A DNA stretch of 63,347 nt, filler included, from Octopus bimaculoides (lineage: Eukaryota): assembly GCF_001194135.2 (NCBI RefSeq). It is 7 parts of 6 records of this genome, joined end to end, with 100 filler letters (N's around TTAATTAATTAA, not from the genome) between each part and the next. Parts side by side here need not be neighbours in the genome. Positions count along the whole stretch, not along the records: positions 36,682 to 47,968 come from NC_068996.1; positions 48,069 to 62,118 come from NC_068982.1; 5 more parts are not named here. The stretch is one strand, 5' to 3'. Shown piece by piece: positions 38,335 through 51,906 of this stretch (the first letter of the stretch is position 1; the number at the start of each line of letters is the position of its first letter). The notes under the pieces are model-generated. The model was not told where the DNA came from and made no database searches. It saw only the letters and a program-made list of their open reading frames with translations. Both the position numbers and the translations under genes were made by a program.

Positions 38335-38825
38335 AAACCGCAGAGAGTGGCGGCGTCGGAGACTTGCAAAATGCTCTGGGATTTCCTAATCCAAACAGAT
38401 CAGGTGCTAGAGCATAACAGACCGGACCTAGTGGCGGTCAACAGGTCGCACCACATGTGCTATATAATTGATGTCACATGCCCTTTTGACCTATGAATAG
38501 TCAAGAAGGAAGGCGACAAAATAGATGAATACAACCCTCTTAAGTACAAAATGGAAAATGAAGTACAAATTGAAAATGAAGAAAGTGAAGATAGTGCCAA
38601 TTATTGTTGGGTCCTTGAGAACAGTATCAGAAGGCATCAAGCGGAATATAAAGGAAATTGGAATAGAGTGCCCAGTAGAACTGTTAAAAACGATTTGCCT
38701 CTTTGGCACGACCAGAATAATCAGGAAAGTATTAGATAGTTGAAAAGAACAGATAGTATGATACCGTAAGCTGCCGGCAGCAAATACGCTACGCATGCAA
38801 GACTTCGGGTGTTCCAACAAAACCT
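38335..38825 (+). mobile_element. R4/Dong-clade 3' fragment (RLE)
   Basis: MLWDFLIQTDQVLEHNRPDLVAV..IIDVTCPFD, VKIVPIIVGSL, LFGTTRIIRKVLDS*. Confidence 0.9.
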
Positions 38826-39364
38826 GTGGCTCTCGTGGCTTCTGATCTTAACTGACTGGAAGTGTTATCATGTACATTGTATTGTCTTGGTATAAAAGAT
38901 GAGCAGCAGTAAAGTATTCTGCTCAGTACCACAGATTTGCTTGCCAGTTGTTTGACCTTAACCAGCTGAGAATGTCCTTTCGTGGCTGACGATATGTACA
39001 TCTCTGATCGTGAGCAGAAGTGGGGGAGCATCATAGCCATGTGCTGAGAGGAATTCTTTGGGATTTGAATAATTTACCTCTGGAAACATGGGTGTTTCGT
39101 TCAATATCCTTACGTAACCCTTATTCAGGGACCTTTTGAGCGGAGTGGACTACTCAACCTGAAGAAAATTCTAATTGGACCCCACCTGCAAAGTCATGCG
39201 CTATTTATCTTGATCACCATATGAGATCACCATTTTGTCTACATATAGTTGTGATGCATGTGCTTGGTGTACCTTTATCAGACGGGTAGTCGTGATGGGT
39301 ATAATGGGCTTCGTACATATGTACCGAAATGTCACTTTGATGGGATGCACTACTCTCTCACTCA
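38826..39364 (+). repeat. 550-bp repeat, copy 2
   Basis: Ends CTCTCTCACTC followed by (TAA)n. Confidence 0.9.
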
Positions 39365-39394
39365 ATATTAATAATAATAATGATAATGATAATA

Positions 39395-39466
<72 letters not shown>

Positions 39467-39514
39467 GTGCTAATAAAAAAAATGATGATAATAATAATAA
39501 TAATGATAATAATA

Positions 39515-39566
<52 letters not shown>

Positions 39567-39580
39567 TAATAATAACAATA

Positions 39581-39647
<67 letters not shown>

Positions 39648-39706
39648 TAATAATAATAATAACAATAATAATAATAATAATAATGATGATGATAATGATA
39701 ATGATG

Positions 39707-39748
<42 letters not shown>

Positions 39749-39763
39749 TAATAATAATAAGAA

Positions 39764-39798
<35 letters not shown>

Positions 39799-39873
39799 AG
39801 AAGAAGAAGAAGAAGAAGAAGAAGAAGAAGAAGAAGAAGAAGAAGAAGAAGAAGAAGAAGAAGAAGAAGAAGA
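39365..39873. repeat. (TAA/TGA)n switching to (GAA)n
   Basis: Direct reading. Confidence 0.95.
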
Positions 39874-39874
39874 A

Positions 39875-40422
39875 ATGACCTTATGCAGTACCAGCAGTGG
39901 CTCTCATGGCTTCTGATCTTAACTGATTGGAAGTGTTATCATGTACATTGTTTTGTCTTGGTATAAAAGATGGGCTACAGCAGATATTCTGCTTAATACC
40001 ACAGATTTGCTTGTCAATCGTTTGACTTTAACCAGTTGAGCTTGTTCCTTGGTGGCTGACGATATGTGAATCTCTGATCATGAGCAGAAGTAGTGGAGGA
40101 GTATCAAAGCCATGTCTTGAGAGGAATTCTTTGGGATTTGAATAATTCACCTTTGGAAACAGGTGTTTCGTTCAACATCCTTAAACAACCCTTATTTAGG
40201 GATGTTTTGAGCGGGATAGGCTACTCGACGTGAAGAAAATTCTAACTGGGCCCCACTTGCGAGGCCATGCGTGGTTTATCTTGATATGAGATCACCATAT
40301 GGCGCACATATGGTTGTGATGCATGTGCCTGGTGTACCCTTATCAGACGGGTAGTCATGATGGGTATACTTGGTTTCGTATATTTTACCCCAGTGTCACT
40401 TGGATGGTATGCACTTCTCTCT
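39875..40422 (+). repeat. 550-bp repeat, copy 3
   Basis: Starts TGACCTTATGCAGTACCAG; 3' end joins the R4/Dong RT fragment. Confidence 0.9.
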
Positions 40423-41854
40423 TAACAATAACACTGATTCTGAAGAAAGCAAAAGCTGGGTATGTATTCAAAAGCCGCCAGCAAAAAGTCAACTATTTGT
40501 TATTCATCGATGACCTCAAACTTTATGGTAAAGATGAAGCCCAAGTAAGATCCCTCGTTGATACGGTGTATACCTTCAGTGCTGATATCAGAATGGAGTT
40601 CGGACTGAGAAAGTGTGGTAATGTTAGTCTTGAAGAGGGGCAAAATCAAATGAATGGACGGGCTAACGATACCGTCGGAGGAGATTATGAAGCAGATAGA
40701 AGAGACGGGATATAAGTACTTGGGGATACAGGAAATGGATAAATTGATGTAGAAACAAATGACAGAAAAATTTAAGGTGGAGTGCTTGCGCAGACTGAGA
40801 CTGATCCTTAAGTCTAAATTAAACGGACGGAATAAGATCGAAGCTATCAACAAATGGGCGGTTTCACTCCTTAGATGTGGAGCAGGGGTAATCGCATGGA
40901 CAATAGACGAACTAAACAGCTTAGACCAAGAAAAAGAGGGGGAAGAGGACTTATTGGATGCGAACACAGCATTAGAGCAGAAGAAAACAACATAACAAGG
41001 TATGTAAAAAATGCCACAGAACCGCTATTATTAGAAGTAGAAAGGTCAGGCTTGTGTAGGATAAAAGATTGCAAAGATAAAGCACAATACAAGAAATTGA
41101 AAACGAATGAAACTGGAAATAGGTGGGTAAAGAAAAGAATGCATGGTCAATTTCATAGGGATGTTGAAGATAAGACAGACAGACAATAAAGATGGTTGTG
41201 GATGACTAAAATGGATTTAAAACCGGAAGGGGAAGCTCTAATCCGTACTGCCCAAGAGCAAGCACTAAGAACAAACTAAAATGGTGACCGTATGGCATAT
41301 TACCAGCCAATGTACGTCACTAGCCCAGAAGGAATATAAGAGACGCCATGACAATATAGCCAGGCTTGTCCATTGGACACTCTGCAACAAGTATTGACTT
41401 GACAGAGCAAAAAATTGGTGCGACCATAATCCCGAAGGCATCATCGAAAATGACAATGCAAAGATCCTGTGGGATTTTATGATTCAGTACGACCATGAGA
41501 TGCTGGATCATTGAAATAGCATGCCCAGCTAACATCAAGGTATGCGATAAGGAAGAAAGAAAAGTTGAGATATGACAGGTTAGATTGGGAGGTTAAGCAG
41601 TTGTGGTCGATGAAAAAGGTAGCAGTAGTACCAATAATTATCGGAGCCGTGGGAGCAATGAGCAAAATTCTTGAGAAGTACGTAGAACAAAGAGGGGCTG
41701 CAGTAATAGTGGAGCACTTGGAGAAAACAGCACTGCTTGGAATCGCTCGAATACTCCGGAAGGTGCTCGAAAAATAAGAGGTGTTACCTTACTTCACTGG
41801 TAGTGAACAGCTGACTCTGTAGTACATTTCCAGTGTTAGAGGCTGTACAAGGAC

Positions 41855-41856
<2 letters not shown>
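40423..41856 (+). mobile_element. R4/Dong-clade element, 5' truncated (RT end, CCHC region, RLE, 3' UTR)
   Basis: NYLLFIDDLKLYG, IRMEFGLRKC, KSKLNGRNKIEAIN, HGQFHR, AQEQALRT, YKRRHDNIA, KILWDF, VVPIIIGAVG, LLGIARILRKVL; (TAA)n immediately after. Confidence 0.93.
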
Positions 41857-41951
<95 letters not shown>

Positions 41952-41994
41952 GTCAAGACAAAAGGCGCGATTCGATTGTAAGATATTTTATTGG

Positions 41995-42593
41995 TTGAAC
42001 GATATTTCAACAATAAGTCTGTCTTTGACAAGACAGCATGTAGCGAGAAAATATCCTCATTTCAAACAGATATTTCCTCAGCCGCCCATTGTAGCCTTTA
42101 GACGGAATAAGAATATAAGAGAATTACTGACCTCTATATCTGACTCCAAGAAAACGAACATTGGAGTATCAGCACGCTGTACCTTCAAGAACAGCCGCAA
42201 GAGAAGTAAGCCCTGTTCATTATGCAACAACATGAGTGAAGTGAATTCTATCAGGGATCATAACACAAATGTCATGATTTATACAGAAGGGGGAACCTGT
42301 AAAGATTCCCATTTGGTGTACGCTGCAGAATGCACGAAGCACAACTTAATTTATATTGGTTGTACAACAGAACGGTTAAACAAAAGGTTTAATGGGCACA
42401 GATTCGGCGTCAGACACAATAACAGTAGTTCAACAGAACTTGCTGAACATTTCGTTTCAAGCGGCTGCAATTTTGAAGAAGACTTGAAAGTGCATATTCT
42501 CAGAAAATATTCTGAATCTGCTTCACTTTCACTTCTCAAAATGCATGAGGAGAAATATGTTTGCGGGTTATTAACATCACGCCCTGGAGGAAT
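41995..42593 (+). mobile_element. Penelope-like element GIY-YIG endonuclease region, open frame running into a gap
   Basis: PIVAFRRNKNIRELL, C-x10-C-x2-C, LVY..YIG..RFNGH, EHF, HEEKY, PGG. Confidence 0.92.
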
Positions 42594-42959
42594 NNNNNNN
42601 NNNNNNNNNNNNNNNNNNNNNNNNNNNNNNNNNNNNNNNNNNNNNNNNNNNNNNNNNNNNNNNNNNNNNNNNNNNNNNNNNNNNNNNNNNNNNNNNNNNN
42701 NNNNNNNNNNNNNNNNNNNNNNNNNNNNNNNNNNNNNNNNNNNNNNNNNNNNNNNNNNNNNNNNNNNNNNNNNNNNNNNNNNNNNNNNNNNNNNNNNNNN
42801 NNNNNNNNNNNNNNNNNNNNNNNNNNNNNNNNNNNNNNNNNNNNNNNNNNNNNNNNNNNNNNNNNNNNNNNNNNNNNNNNNNNNNNNNNNNNNNNNNNNN
42901 NNNNNNNNNNNNNNNNNNNNNNNNNNNNNNNNNNNNNNNNNNNNNNNNNNNNNNNNNNN

Positions 42960-43659
<700 letters not shown>

Positions 43660-43661
<2 letters not shown>

Positions 43662-43805
43662 CGAAGGTTGTGGTCAGTGAGGAGAGTAGACGTGATACCA
43701 ATAGTAATTAACACTCAACTACCAGCATGACTAAAAAAGATTGGTTCAAAAATCAGCCTTGCTTGGAACTGCAAGAATTCTTCGCAGGGTTCTTAAAGTA
43801 TGACC
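43660..43805 (+). mobile_element. Very short R4/Dong 3' remnant, same family as 24003-24575
   Basis: Shares CTTGGAACTGCAAGAATTCTTCGCAGGGTTCTTA and GTGATACCAATAGTAATT; starts right after (TAA)n. Confidence 0.8.
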
Positions 43806-43822
43806 AGTAAACAAGTGTCACC

Positions 43823-43979
43823 TTACATTATTTACATTATTTATATTTGACGGATATTTTGTCCTCATCTTGTTTGTTGTTAACACAACGTTTCGGCTGA
43901 TATACCCTCCAGCCTTCAACAGGTGTCTTGGGGAAATTTCGAACTTGGGTTCTCATTCCTAAGGTATTTTTTTATGTCG

Positions 43980-44029
<50 letters not shown>

Positions 44030-44182
44030 GCTGCTGCTGCTGCTGCTGCTGTTGCTGCTGCTGTTGTTGTTGTTGTTGTTGTTGCTGTTGTTGTTGTTCA
44101 GGTCACTGCTTGGAATCGAACTCGGAATCTTGGGGTTAGTAGCCCGCGTTCTTAACCACTACGCCATATGCCTTTCTCCCGT
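43823..44182 (-). mobile_element. tRNA-head + hammerhead element, copy E
   Basis: A and B boxes, (CAA)n(CAG)n spacer, HHR at 43882-43927 with core CUGUUGA (A6 to U) and perfect stem II GGCUG/CAGCC. Confidence 0.9.
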
Positions 44183-44199
44183 GTCTCAGTTCGAAAGGG

Positions 44200-45770
44200 A
44201 TGTATCTCAACTATTCCAACTTCCACAGGAAGGGCTTGAAGCCAGCACATACAGGAATTGCGACAGCAGGCAATCCTGACTTAGCATGCGTGTACGATGT
44301 GAAACAGTTCCGATAGGTGGTTATTCACTTTGACCATCGAATAGCTACCGCAGTGTATTGCAGCGATCCGGCCTCTGAAAACAAGTCCGAAGCCGGCTGG
44401 TTTCAGAATGACTTCCAAGTGACGATTTTAAAAACTCTTTATATTGACCTGGATTGATCAGAAGCCCACCGAAGCCTTCTCTATGATGGAGGTTGACATG
44501 GATAGACCTGTTTGGGGAAGCACATTTGCGCTTCTCCGAGCAGCCTTCCGACGACAAGCACCAATCTTTTCGCTAACACCTTGGATAAGATCTTTAAAAT
44601 ATGTGTTTAGAGTTATAGGCTGAAAATTGCCTAGTATATCCCTTTTGTCGATGCCCTTCCTCAGCAATGTTACAGCACACCAGCGCAAGGAATTCTTTTT
44701 TTCAGCTGCCAGTTACAGTAGTCGTCTGCCATCAAGCAAAATCTAGCATGAACGCGTAGAATTCATTGGATAAGCCCTTCAGACTGGATGATTTGTGATT
44801 TGTGTAACCGCTCATCGCTTTCCCTATCTCCGCGATGGCTATCAGATTTTCACAGAACCTCGCATCCACTGTCGGTAACCGCTGAAGATTGTTCAAATAC
44901 GAAATAAACTCAATCACCTTCGCTGACTCGTTGACCTTAGGGAGGTCAACAGTCTCTGATGGAAACCTGCACTCTTCTACTCGGAAACAAGTAGCACGCA
45001 TCCGTTAAGGTCTGTCAAAGAGCTGATAGAGTTTTTGTAGACATGTCGCGTCTCCTTCAGTTCTTTCGTATTAGCGAGCACGAGCCTTAGCTCTGACAAC
45101 GAACCTTCGTATTTCGCCTTGAAGAAATAGTCAGGGGCCATTCTTGCCACTAGTAGGGCGTGCGATGCCTTTATTAATTGCCTCTTCTTGGATGCTAACT
45201 AGTTCTCCCTCTAATCTATTTATTTTCATTGCTAGTTGTTTTGCTAAGTGCCAACGACTCTTTCTTAATCGCCCTTCAGGATGATCCGCTTAATTAATTC
45301 ACTAATCCCGTTCTTGTAGTCTTTGGGTGCCACTAAGGACGCATTCAACTTCCAGTAACGGAGCCCCTGTCCACGCATCCTATCTAAACTGAAGGAGAAG
45401 ATCACAAATTTGTAGTGTGTATAGACTAGTTTAAATTCCTATCTATATACGCTCTGGATGATCCTTTGTGGTTGCTCCATGCCCACTTCGGCACATCGAA
45501 GAAATCCTGTCCATACCTCTCAGATAACCGGACGTTTTTGAACAGGTTTTCAAAGCTTTTTCACCCCCTTCTGTTGTGCACTATCACCATACAGTTTTTC
45601 CGTGCGTCCAAAATGCAATTCCAGTCCCACACTGGTACTAATGGGTGACGAATCCCCAGGAATGTTTCTAAACCTTTGAAGAAATCTGGCCTTCCAGACT
45701 CTATCGGGACATGAACGGACTCCAGTCTAAAGGGCCAAGGTGCAAGAAAATTGGCCCCTACTTAACATCT
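44200..45770 (-). mobile_element. L1/Tx1-like ORF2 remnant (APE endonuclease to RT), heavily decayed
   Basis: FRLESVHVP, GDWNCILD, WSNH..AYIDR, KSSSLKGLSNEFY, VTLLRK..NFQPIT, GGLLINPGQYK, AGFG. Confidence 0.85.
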
Positions 45771-45914
45771 AAGTATTTTTGAATAGCACTGTAATCAGCC
45801 GCCCGATTCTGAGCAAGCGACCTTGCTTCCAAACCAAACTCAGGCTCCGAACATTTACACAGTGTTGCCATTTAGGTAAGAGAAAATAGAATATAATGAA
45901 TGAAGATTTGCTTG

Positions 45915-46011
<97 letters not shown>

Positions 46012-46012
<1 letters not shown>

Positions 46013-46267
46013 TGTGGTTTGGCTGTTGCACTCATGATCGTTAGATCGTGGGTTAAATTCCATGGGTAGGCGGCGCGTTGTGTTCTTGAGCAAAACATTT
46101 CATTTCACGTTGCTCAAGACCCCCTTTCGATTAGAGGGAAATGTGAGCCTGCTCACCAAACAAGTGGGGTGGCATCATTTGAAGGCTAAAACAATGCAAA
46201 AAGAGCATTGTGACCAGCGATGTGTGACAACATCTGATAGCCTGGACGGTCACGTGATCACGTGATA
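46012..46267 (+). mobile_element. SINE family C
   Basis: Colinear with 21052-21319; partial minus copies at ~21420-21535 and ~47690-47765. Confidence 0.8.
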
Positions 46268-46714
46268 TATATATATGTATATGTGTGTGTGTATGTGTAT
46301 ATATATATATATATTCGTGTATCTTTACGTGTGTGTGTGTGTGTAGTGTTTGCTTTGGAACGTTTGTGAGCGTGTATGTGTACTAGTGTGTGTTTGTGCG
46401 TGCATGCGTATGTGAATGAATGAGTGTGTGTGTGTGTGAACAGCAAGACAAGAAAAATTTTTAACCTTAGTCTTCCTGAATGGTTGCTGAAATATGCACA
46501 CACATATATATTATATNNNNNNNNNNNNNNNNNNNNNNNNNNNNNNNNNNNNNNNNNNNNNNNNNNNNNNNNNNNNNNNNNNNNNNNNNNNNNNNNNNNN
46601 NNNNNNNNNNNNNNNNNNNNNNNNNNNNNNNNNNNNNNNNNNNNNNNNNNNNNNNNNNNNNNNNNNNNNNNNNNNNNNNNNNNNNNNNNNNNNNNNNNNA
46701 TATATATATACTCT

Positions 46715-47460
46715 GCCATCCCCAAAGCGTGGGAATGTGCTCTCTCTTCCAGTTTCTTTCCTCCTACTTGGAAAAGCATACTTTAGTAGATTTAGTCTCA
46801 CCAGTCTTCCCACTTTCCTCCACCTTTTGGTATACACACTAGATGGTAGCACATCCCTCTCTACCCTCACCTTCTTCTTCAAATGATATTGAAAATAATT
46901 TGAAGAATTGATAAGAGCTTGACCAGATAGTAAAGTGCATGTCTTCAAAACTTTCAAACGAGTCCACCATACAGCTTCTTTTGCTAAAACCACTAAGCAG
47001 AGAAAGATTTGCCTTCCATCTCTGCTAAAGAAAGCTGGTGCATTGATCTTCATTATACGCTCGAATGACAACTGGATTCGTCTTACACGAGACAGCAACT
47101 GCTCAACACAAACCCACAAGTCTCTAATATACGGATAGTGAACGATTGCATTAAGAATGGTTTCGAGCAAGTTTTCTCGGGCAAGTTTGGCTGTTGACAC
47201 TTCCATGCCTCCCTGTAGCACAGCCATGCCAAAGACTTTTGGAAATCGTCCATGCTCTTCGACCGGAAAGTCCTCCGAAAACGAACACTCAGACTGTTCT
47301 CGTTAATGCCCAGAGTCAATCCTAGACCAACGTCTCTCGTACCCTCAAGTAGACCCGTACAGAAATCTTGAATTTTTTTACTGCTAACGGTTTTGTCCAG
47401 CTGGTACAGCGCAGTGAGCGCCTGGCAATATTCTAGATGCAAAACGCCCAAACTTCCTTT
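46715..47460 (-). mobile_element. L1/Tx1-like ORF2 C-terminal remnant
   Basis: FQKSLAWLCYR, ETILNAIVHYP..DLW..VEQLLS, AKEAVWWTR, KKKVRVER..KRW. Confidence 0.75.
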
Positions 47461-47968
47461 GCATTTGACCCATGACTGCAGTCAATGATGAACTATAGAA
47501 AGACGTATCGTACGAAGGACGTCCACATCAGTTCACCACTGCTTTCATTGCCGTCGTTCACACCATTGCAGTTATTTTGATATTTCTGCAGATGATTTGT
47601 TTATAGTGATCAGAATTATGTGTAGACATAAGCTCACTCCCTCCATCAGATCGACATTACCTGTACAGGTGCAACGGTTACCACATGTCAGTTATCGAAA
47701 TGATCGCAAGGCAACGTGAAATGAAGTGCTTTGCTCAAGGACACAACACGACGCCCGGAATTTTCAACTGTTAGGATAACAAATCCTCATCTAGACCTGA
47801 TCCCAATGTTGGATGTTCAAGAAGCAAATGAAGGGCAGATTTTTAATCCTGGGATTATCCTGATTCCAAAAAGGTATAATATGTGGAGTAAATGTAGGCT
47901 GAAATACAGCGGTCTCAGATGGACAGACACAATTTCATGTTAATTATATATATATATATATATATATA

Positions 47969-48068
47969 NNNNNNNNNNNNNNNNNNNNNNNNNNNNNNNN
48001 NNNNNNNNNNNNTTAATTAATTAANNNNNNNNNNNNNNNNNNNNNNNNNNNNNNNNNNNNNNNNNNNN
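47969..48068. other. Artificial scaffold-joining spacer
   Basis: 44 N + TTAATTAATTAA + 44 N. Confidence 0.97.
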
Positions 48069-48089
48069 TACGAATGAAAACATTATAAA

Positions 48090-48600
48090 TAAAGATATAG
48101 TATATCTCACATTTCAACGACATGTTGTTGTGATAAACAACCAACATAGAAAAACTGGTGTCCGACCTGTCATTACACATAAAAGTAGACAACATTCTTC
48201 GTCCTTCCCTCGGGTGCACAAATAGAAAGACCATGGGGACAGCCAACGTACAGTTGTGCGTGTGAGAATACTTGCTCTGTCAGATTCAAACCAACCACTT
48301 GCACTGATTGTCCCTGCACCTTGTTGATTGTCATGGGAAAGCAGGGTTTGATGGGAAATTGCCTCTGTTTAAACTTGTAGGTCGTATCGGAGTGGGTAAG
48401 GGACATGGGAGTTATAAGTATGTCTTAGCCAGCGTCCGGTTCATTCAAGATTGTTGCCTATAGAATTCGAGAGCACAATTTTTTCATAATCATCCGCGTA
48501 CCATTGCACATTATTGGAGCATCTAAATTCCCTAGCAGCCTGATTGGCGCGCCAACTTTCAGATGCAGTTCGTGAGCTTGTAGTACTGCGGGTCCCCCCT
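48090..48600 (-). mobile_element. Helitron Pif1-like helicase C-terminal fragment
   Basis: HELHLKVGAPIRLLGNLD..CNGTR, RQFPIKPCFPMTINKVQGQS, FSHAQLYVG, TKNVVY. Confidence 0.92.
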
Positions 48601-48743
48601 TTTGTCAGATTTGACATGGGTCGGCCGGTCTATCTCAGATACATGGGAAGCTGGATTAAATTTTTCATCAACACAGAGGAGCCGAAATAATTTTTTTCAA
48701 TGTCCAAGGGAAGCCAAATCGCGAAAAAGGTTGAGAAATGCTG
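48600..48743 (-). mobile_element. hAT (Charlie-like) terminal fragment inside the Helitron piece
   Basis: Minus strand CAGCATTTCTCAACCTTTTT; outer flank ATCTATAA resembles the NTCTAGAN Charlie target. Confidence 0.55.
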
Positions 48744-49099
48744 ATCTATAACGATGGTTTTTATTTAGGCACATCGTAAAATTAACTATAATGAATTGCT
48801 TAATATAAATAAACGCATGTTTTTTCAAGCAAATACAGTTAGAAAAAATATTTACCATTTCAAGTCATCACTAAAAACAAAGCTAATCAATTTTTGAATG
48901 AAATAATAATTTTGTTCTTTTATTCCTAGTTGTAAATTTTGCTCGAGAAATAAAGGAAATAATCACAAAATGCATTGTTAAAAATCTGCAACTCGATAGC
49001 AAATATCGACAAATTGATTAGAAGTGCATAAATTTAATAATAACAATGTTTTTGAGATTCCGGTTCGAATGACATGAGTGTTTTTGCTTCACTTTTGAC

Positions 49100-49300
49100 A
49101 CGTAATACTTAAATAGTGGAGGAGATATGATGTTGCTGTGGGCTGGAAGTATGCAAGAAGTTAAAATTTTCTTTTTGATTAAAATACAACCGGGACCCTA
49201 AGTAAGGCATGTGTAAAATTTGAATGAAATTGGTTGTGTAGTTCTGGAGTTTTAGGGATTCACACAGACATACACACACACACAGACATACATGAAATTA
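49100..49300 (-). mobile_element. Helitron-like 5' subterminal region
   Basis: (GTAT/GTCT/GT)n followed by AACTCCAGAACTACACAACCAATTTCATTCAAATTTTACAC, a pattern typical of non-autonomous animal Helitron ends; terminal TC not clear. Confidence 0.5.
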
Positions 49301-49920
49301 TTATTTTATTCAAAAATTTCTATATCTTTGTGCAGCTGAGGATTACTCTGCATTTTACATTTGATGTAATGTTCACATTGCTTNNNNNNNNNNNNNNNNN
49401 NNNNNNNNNNNNNNNNNNNNNNNNNNNNNNNNNNNNNNNNNNNNNNNNNNNNNNNNNNNNNNNNNNNNNNNNNNNNNNNNNNNNNNNNNNNNNNNNNNNN
49501 NNNNNNNNNNNNNNNNNNNNNNNNNNNNNNNNNNNNNNNNNNNNNNNNNNNNNNNNNNNNNNNNNNNNNNNNNNNNNNNNNNNNNNNNNNNNNNNNNNNN
49601 NNNNNNNNNNNNNNNNNNNNNNNNNNNNNNNNNNNNNNNNNNNNNNNNNNNNNNNNNNNNNNNNNNNNNNNNNNNNNNNNNNNNNNNNNNNNNNNNNNNN
49701 NNNNNNNNNNNNNNNNNNNNNNNNNNNNNNNNNNNNNNNNNNNNNNNNNNNNNNNNNNNNNNNNNNNNNNNNNNNNNNNNNNNNNNNNNNNNNNNNNNNN
49801 NNNNNNNNNNNNNNNNNNNNNNNNNNNNNNNNNNNNNNNNNNNNNNNNNNNNNNNNNNNNNNNNNNNNNNNNNNNNNNNNNNNNNNNNNNNNNNNNNNGT
49901 GTGTGTGTGTGTGTGTGTTC

Positions 49921-49952
<32 letters not shown>

Positions 49953-50236
49953 ACAAAGAGAGAAGGAGAATATGAGGAGCTTTAGTGAAGATAACTCGAA
50001 GTAATAGGTATGTGCTCAAGTAGGTGTGCCACCAAAATTCCAGTTTGAACAGCAGCTGAAGTTGCGGTTATGTGATTGCCTTGTTAAAAAACGGCTTGAT
50101 GTGGCATTATTTTAAGTCTGTAAGTATAGGTTAAAGGGCCACACTATCTTAACCTATACATACAAAAGGTCTACACTCACACAAACATGTATACGTACAT
50201 GCACATACACACATATCCACGCACACACGCACGCAG

Positions 50237-50289
<53 letters not shown>

Positions 50290-51004
50290 GCTGTATGTAT
50301 GTATGTATGTATGTATGTATNNNNNNNNNNNNNNNNNNNNNNNNNNNNNNNNNNNNNNNNNNNNNNNNNNNNNNNNNNNNNNNNNNNNNNNNNNNNNNNN
50401 NNNNNNNNNNNNNNNNNNNNNNNNNNNNNNNNNNNNNNNNNNNNNNNNNNNNNNNNNNNNNNNNNNNNNNNNNNNNNNNNNNNNNNNNNNNNNNNNNNNN
50501 NNNNNNNNNNNNNNNNNNNNNNNNNNNNNNNNNNNNNNNNNNNNNNNNNNNNNNNNNNNNNNNNNNNNNNNNNNNNNNNNNNNNNNNNNNNNNNNNNNNN
50601 NNNNNNNNNNNNNNNNNNNNNNNNNNNNNNNNNNNNNNNGACATTTGGTGCATATATGCTTATATGCTGCATAGAGGCTATATATATATATATATATATA
50701 CACACACATATACATCCTCTTATCACACACCTACACCTGCACATATACAAACATGCATACCCATATAAATGGAGGGGACGTGTGCATGAAAGTCGCACTT
50801 ATGCATCGAACACAGCCTTCCACTCATATACATGCATATACACATACACATATATACACACGCAAACACATATACATATCAAATATATACATACATATGC
50901 ATATACTCACGCACGTACACATTCACACAATTAAAAAGGGAAAAAAATGAAAAAATGAAAAATATATATATAAAATAAAAAAATTAAAAGAAGTTAAAAC
51001 ATAT

Positions 51005-51510
51005 GGGAAGACATGTCATTTCTTCTGTTAACTTTTTGATCTTGGTCGAAGTACTTCTCGTTTGAGAAAAACCAACTGAAATCTTATGCTGGATTTTTCA
51101 ATTTGTTTAAGAGCCTTTTAGATCTGATGTAGTGACAAATTGACCTTTCCTCATCATATAACACTTATATCTGATGTCTTCGTGGACAACATTTCTGACT
51201 GTTCCTTCTGACACATGGAGATCTTTTGCAATTGACCTCCTGGACTTTCTAGGATTGTAATCAATGGTCTGTTGAATTTATTGGATAAATTCAGGTGTTC
51301 TGAAACTTTGTAGACTAAAGATCTGGTAACTTTTAAAAATCGAGATACTTCTAAATCGCTATGCTCAGCCACAATAACAGCATGCCCCTTCATTTCTTGA
51401 GTAAGCTGAGGGTGTGCCATTAATATTTTCTGAAACAAAAATTATATAGAGATAGCAAAAAATGCCGCAATTACCCCAAAAAGGTATGTCCTCAAATACC
51501 TTACGCACCC

Positions 51511-51512
<2 letters not shown>
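51005..51512 (-). mobile_element. maT/DD37D-like (Tc1/mariner superfamily) 5' half
   Basis: TA|CAGGGTGCG terminus, LTQEMKGHAVIV..HSDLEVSRFLKV HTH region, FSNEKYFDQDQKVNRRND (first catalytic Asp region mutated). Confidence 0.78.
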
Positions 51513-51577
<65 letters not shown>

Positions 51578-51584
51578 ATTTGTG

Positions 51585-51800
51585 TGCGTGTGTGTCTGTG
51601 TTTCTCACCCAATACCGCTTGACAACTGTTGTTGGTTTGTTTACATCCCCCTAACTTAGCGATTTGGCAAAAGTGAACGATAGAATAAGTACCACGCTTA
51701 AAAGTAAGTACTTGAGTTCATATGTTCGACTAAACACTTTGAGGCAGTGCTCCAGCAAGGTCGCAACATAATGACTGAAACAAGTAAAAGATAAAAAGTG
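51585..51800 (+). mobile_element. SINE family A, 3' half
   Basis: GCTTGACAAC..TAACTTAGCG..GATAGAATAAGTAC..GACTGAAACAAGTAAAAG. Confidence 0.8.
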
Positions 51801-51906
51801 GAGATACCTTTTTCCTATACACACACACACGTGTCAGCTAAAAATGCAAGAAAACAATTTAAATGGTTCAAAACTGAGGTCGATCTAACTTCAGAATTAA
51901 AATAAC

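Noticed and set aside
39875-40422. HDV-like or hammerhead ribozyme, or protein, in the 550-bp repeat
   Set aside because: Manual folding gave no complete pseudoknot or GAAA core; minus-strand ORFs are not conserved between copies and match nothing I recognise
44200-47460. One continuous L1/Tx1 element
   Set aside because: On the minus strand the C-terminal piece precedes the endonuclease piece, so these are separate copies or rearranged
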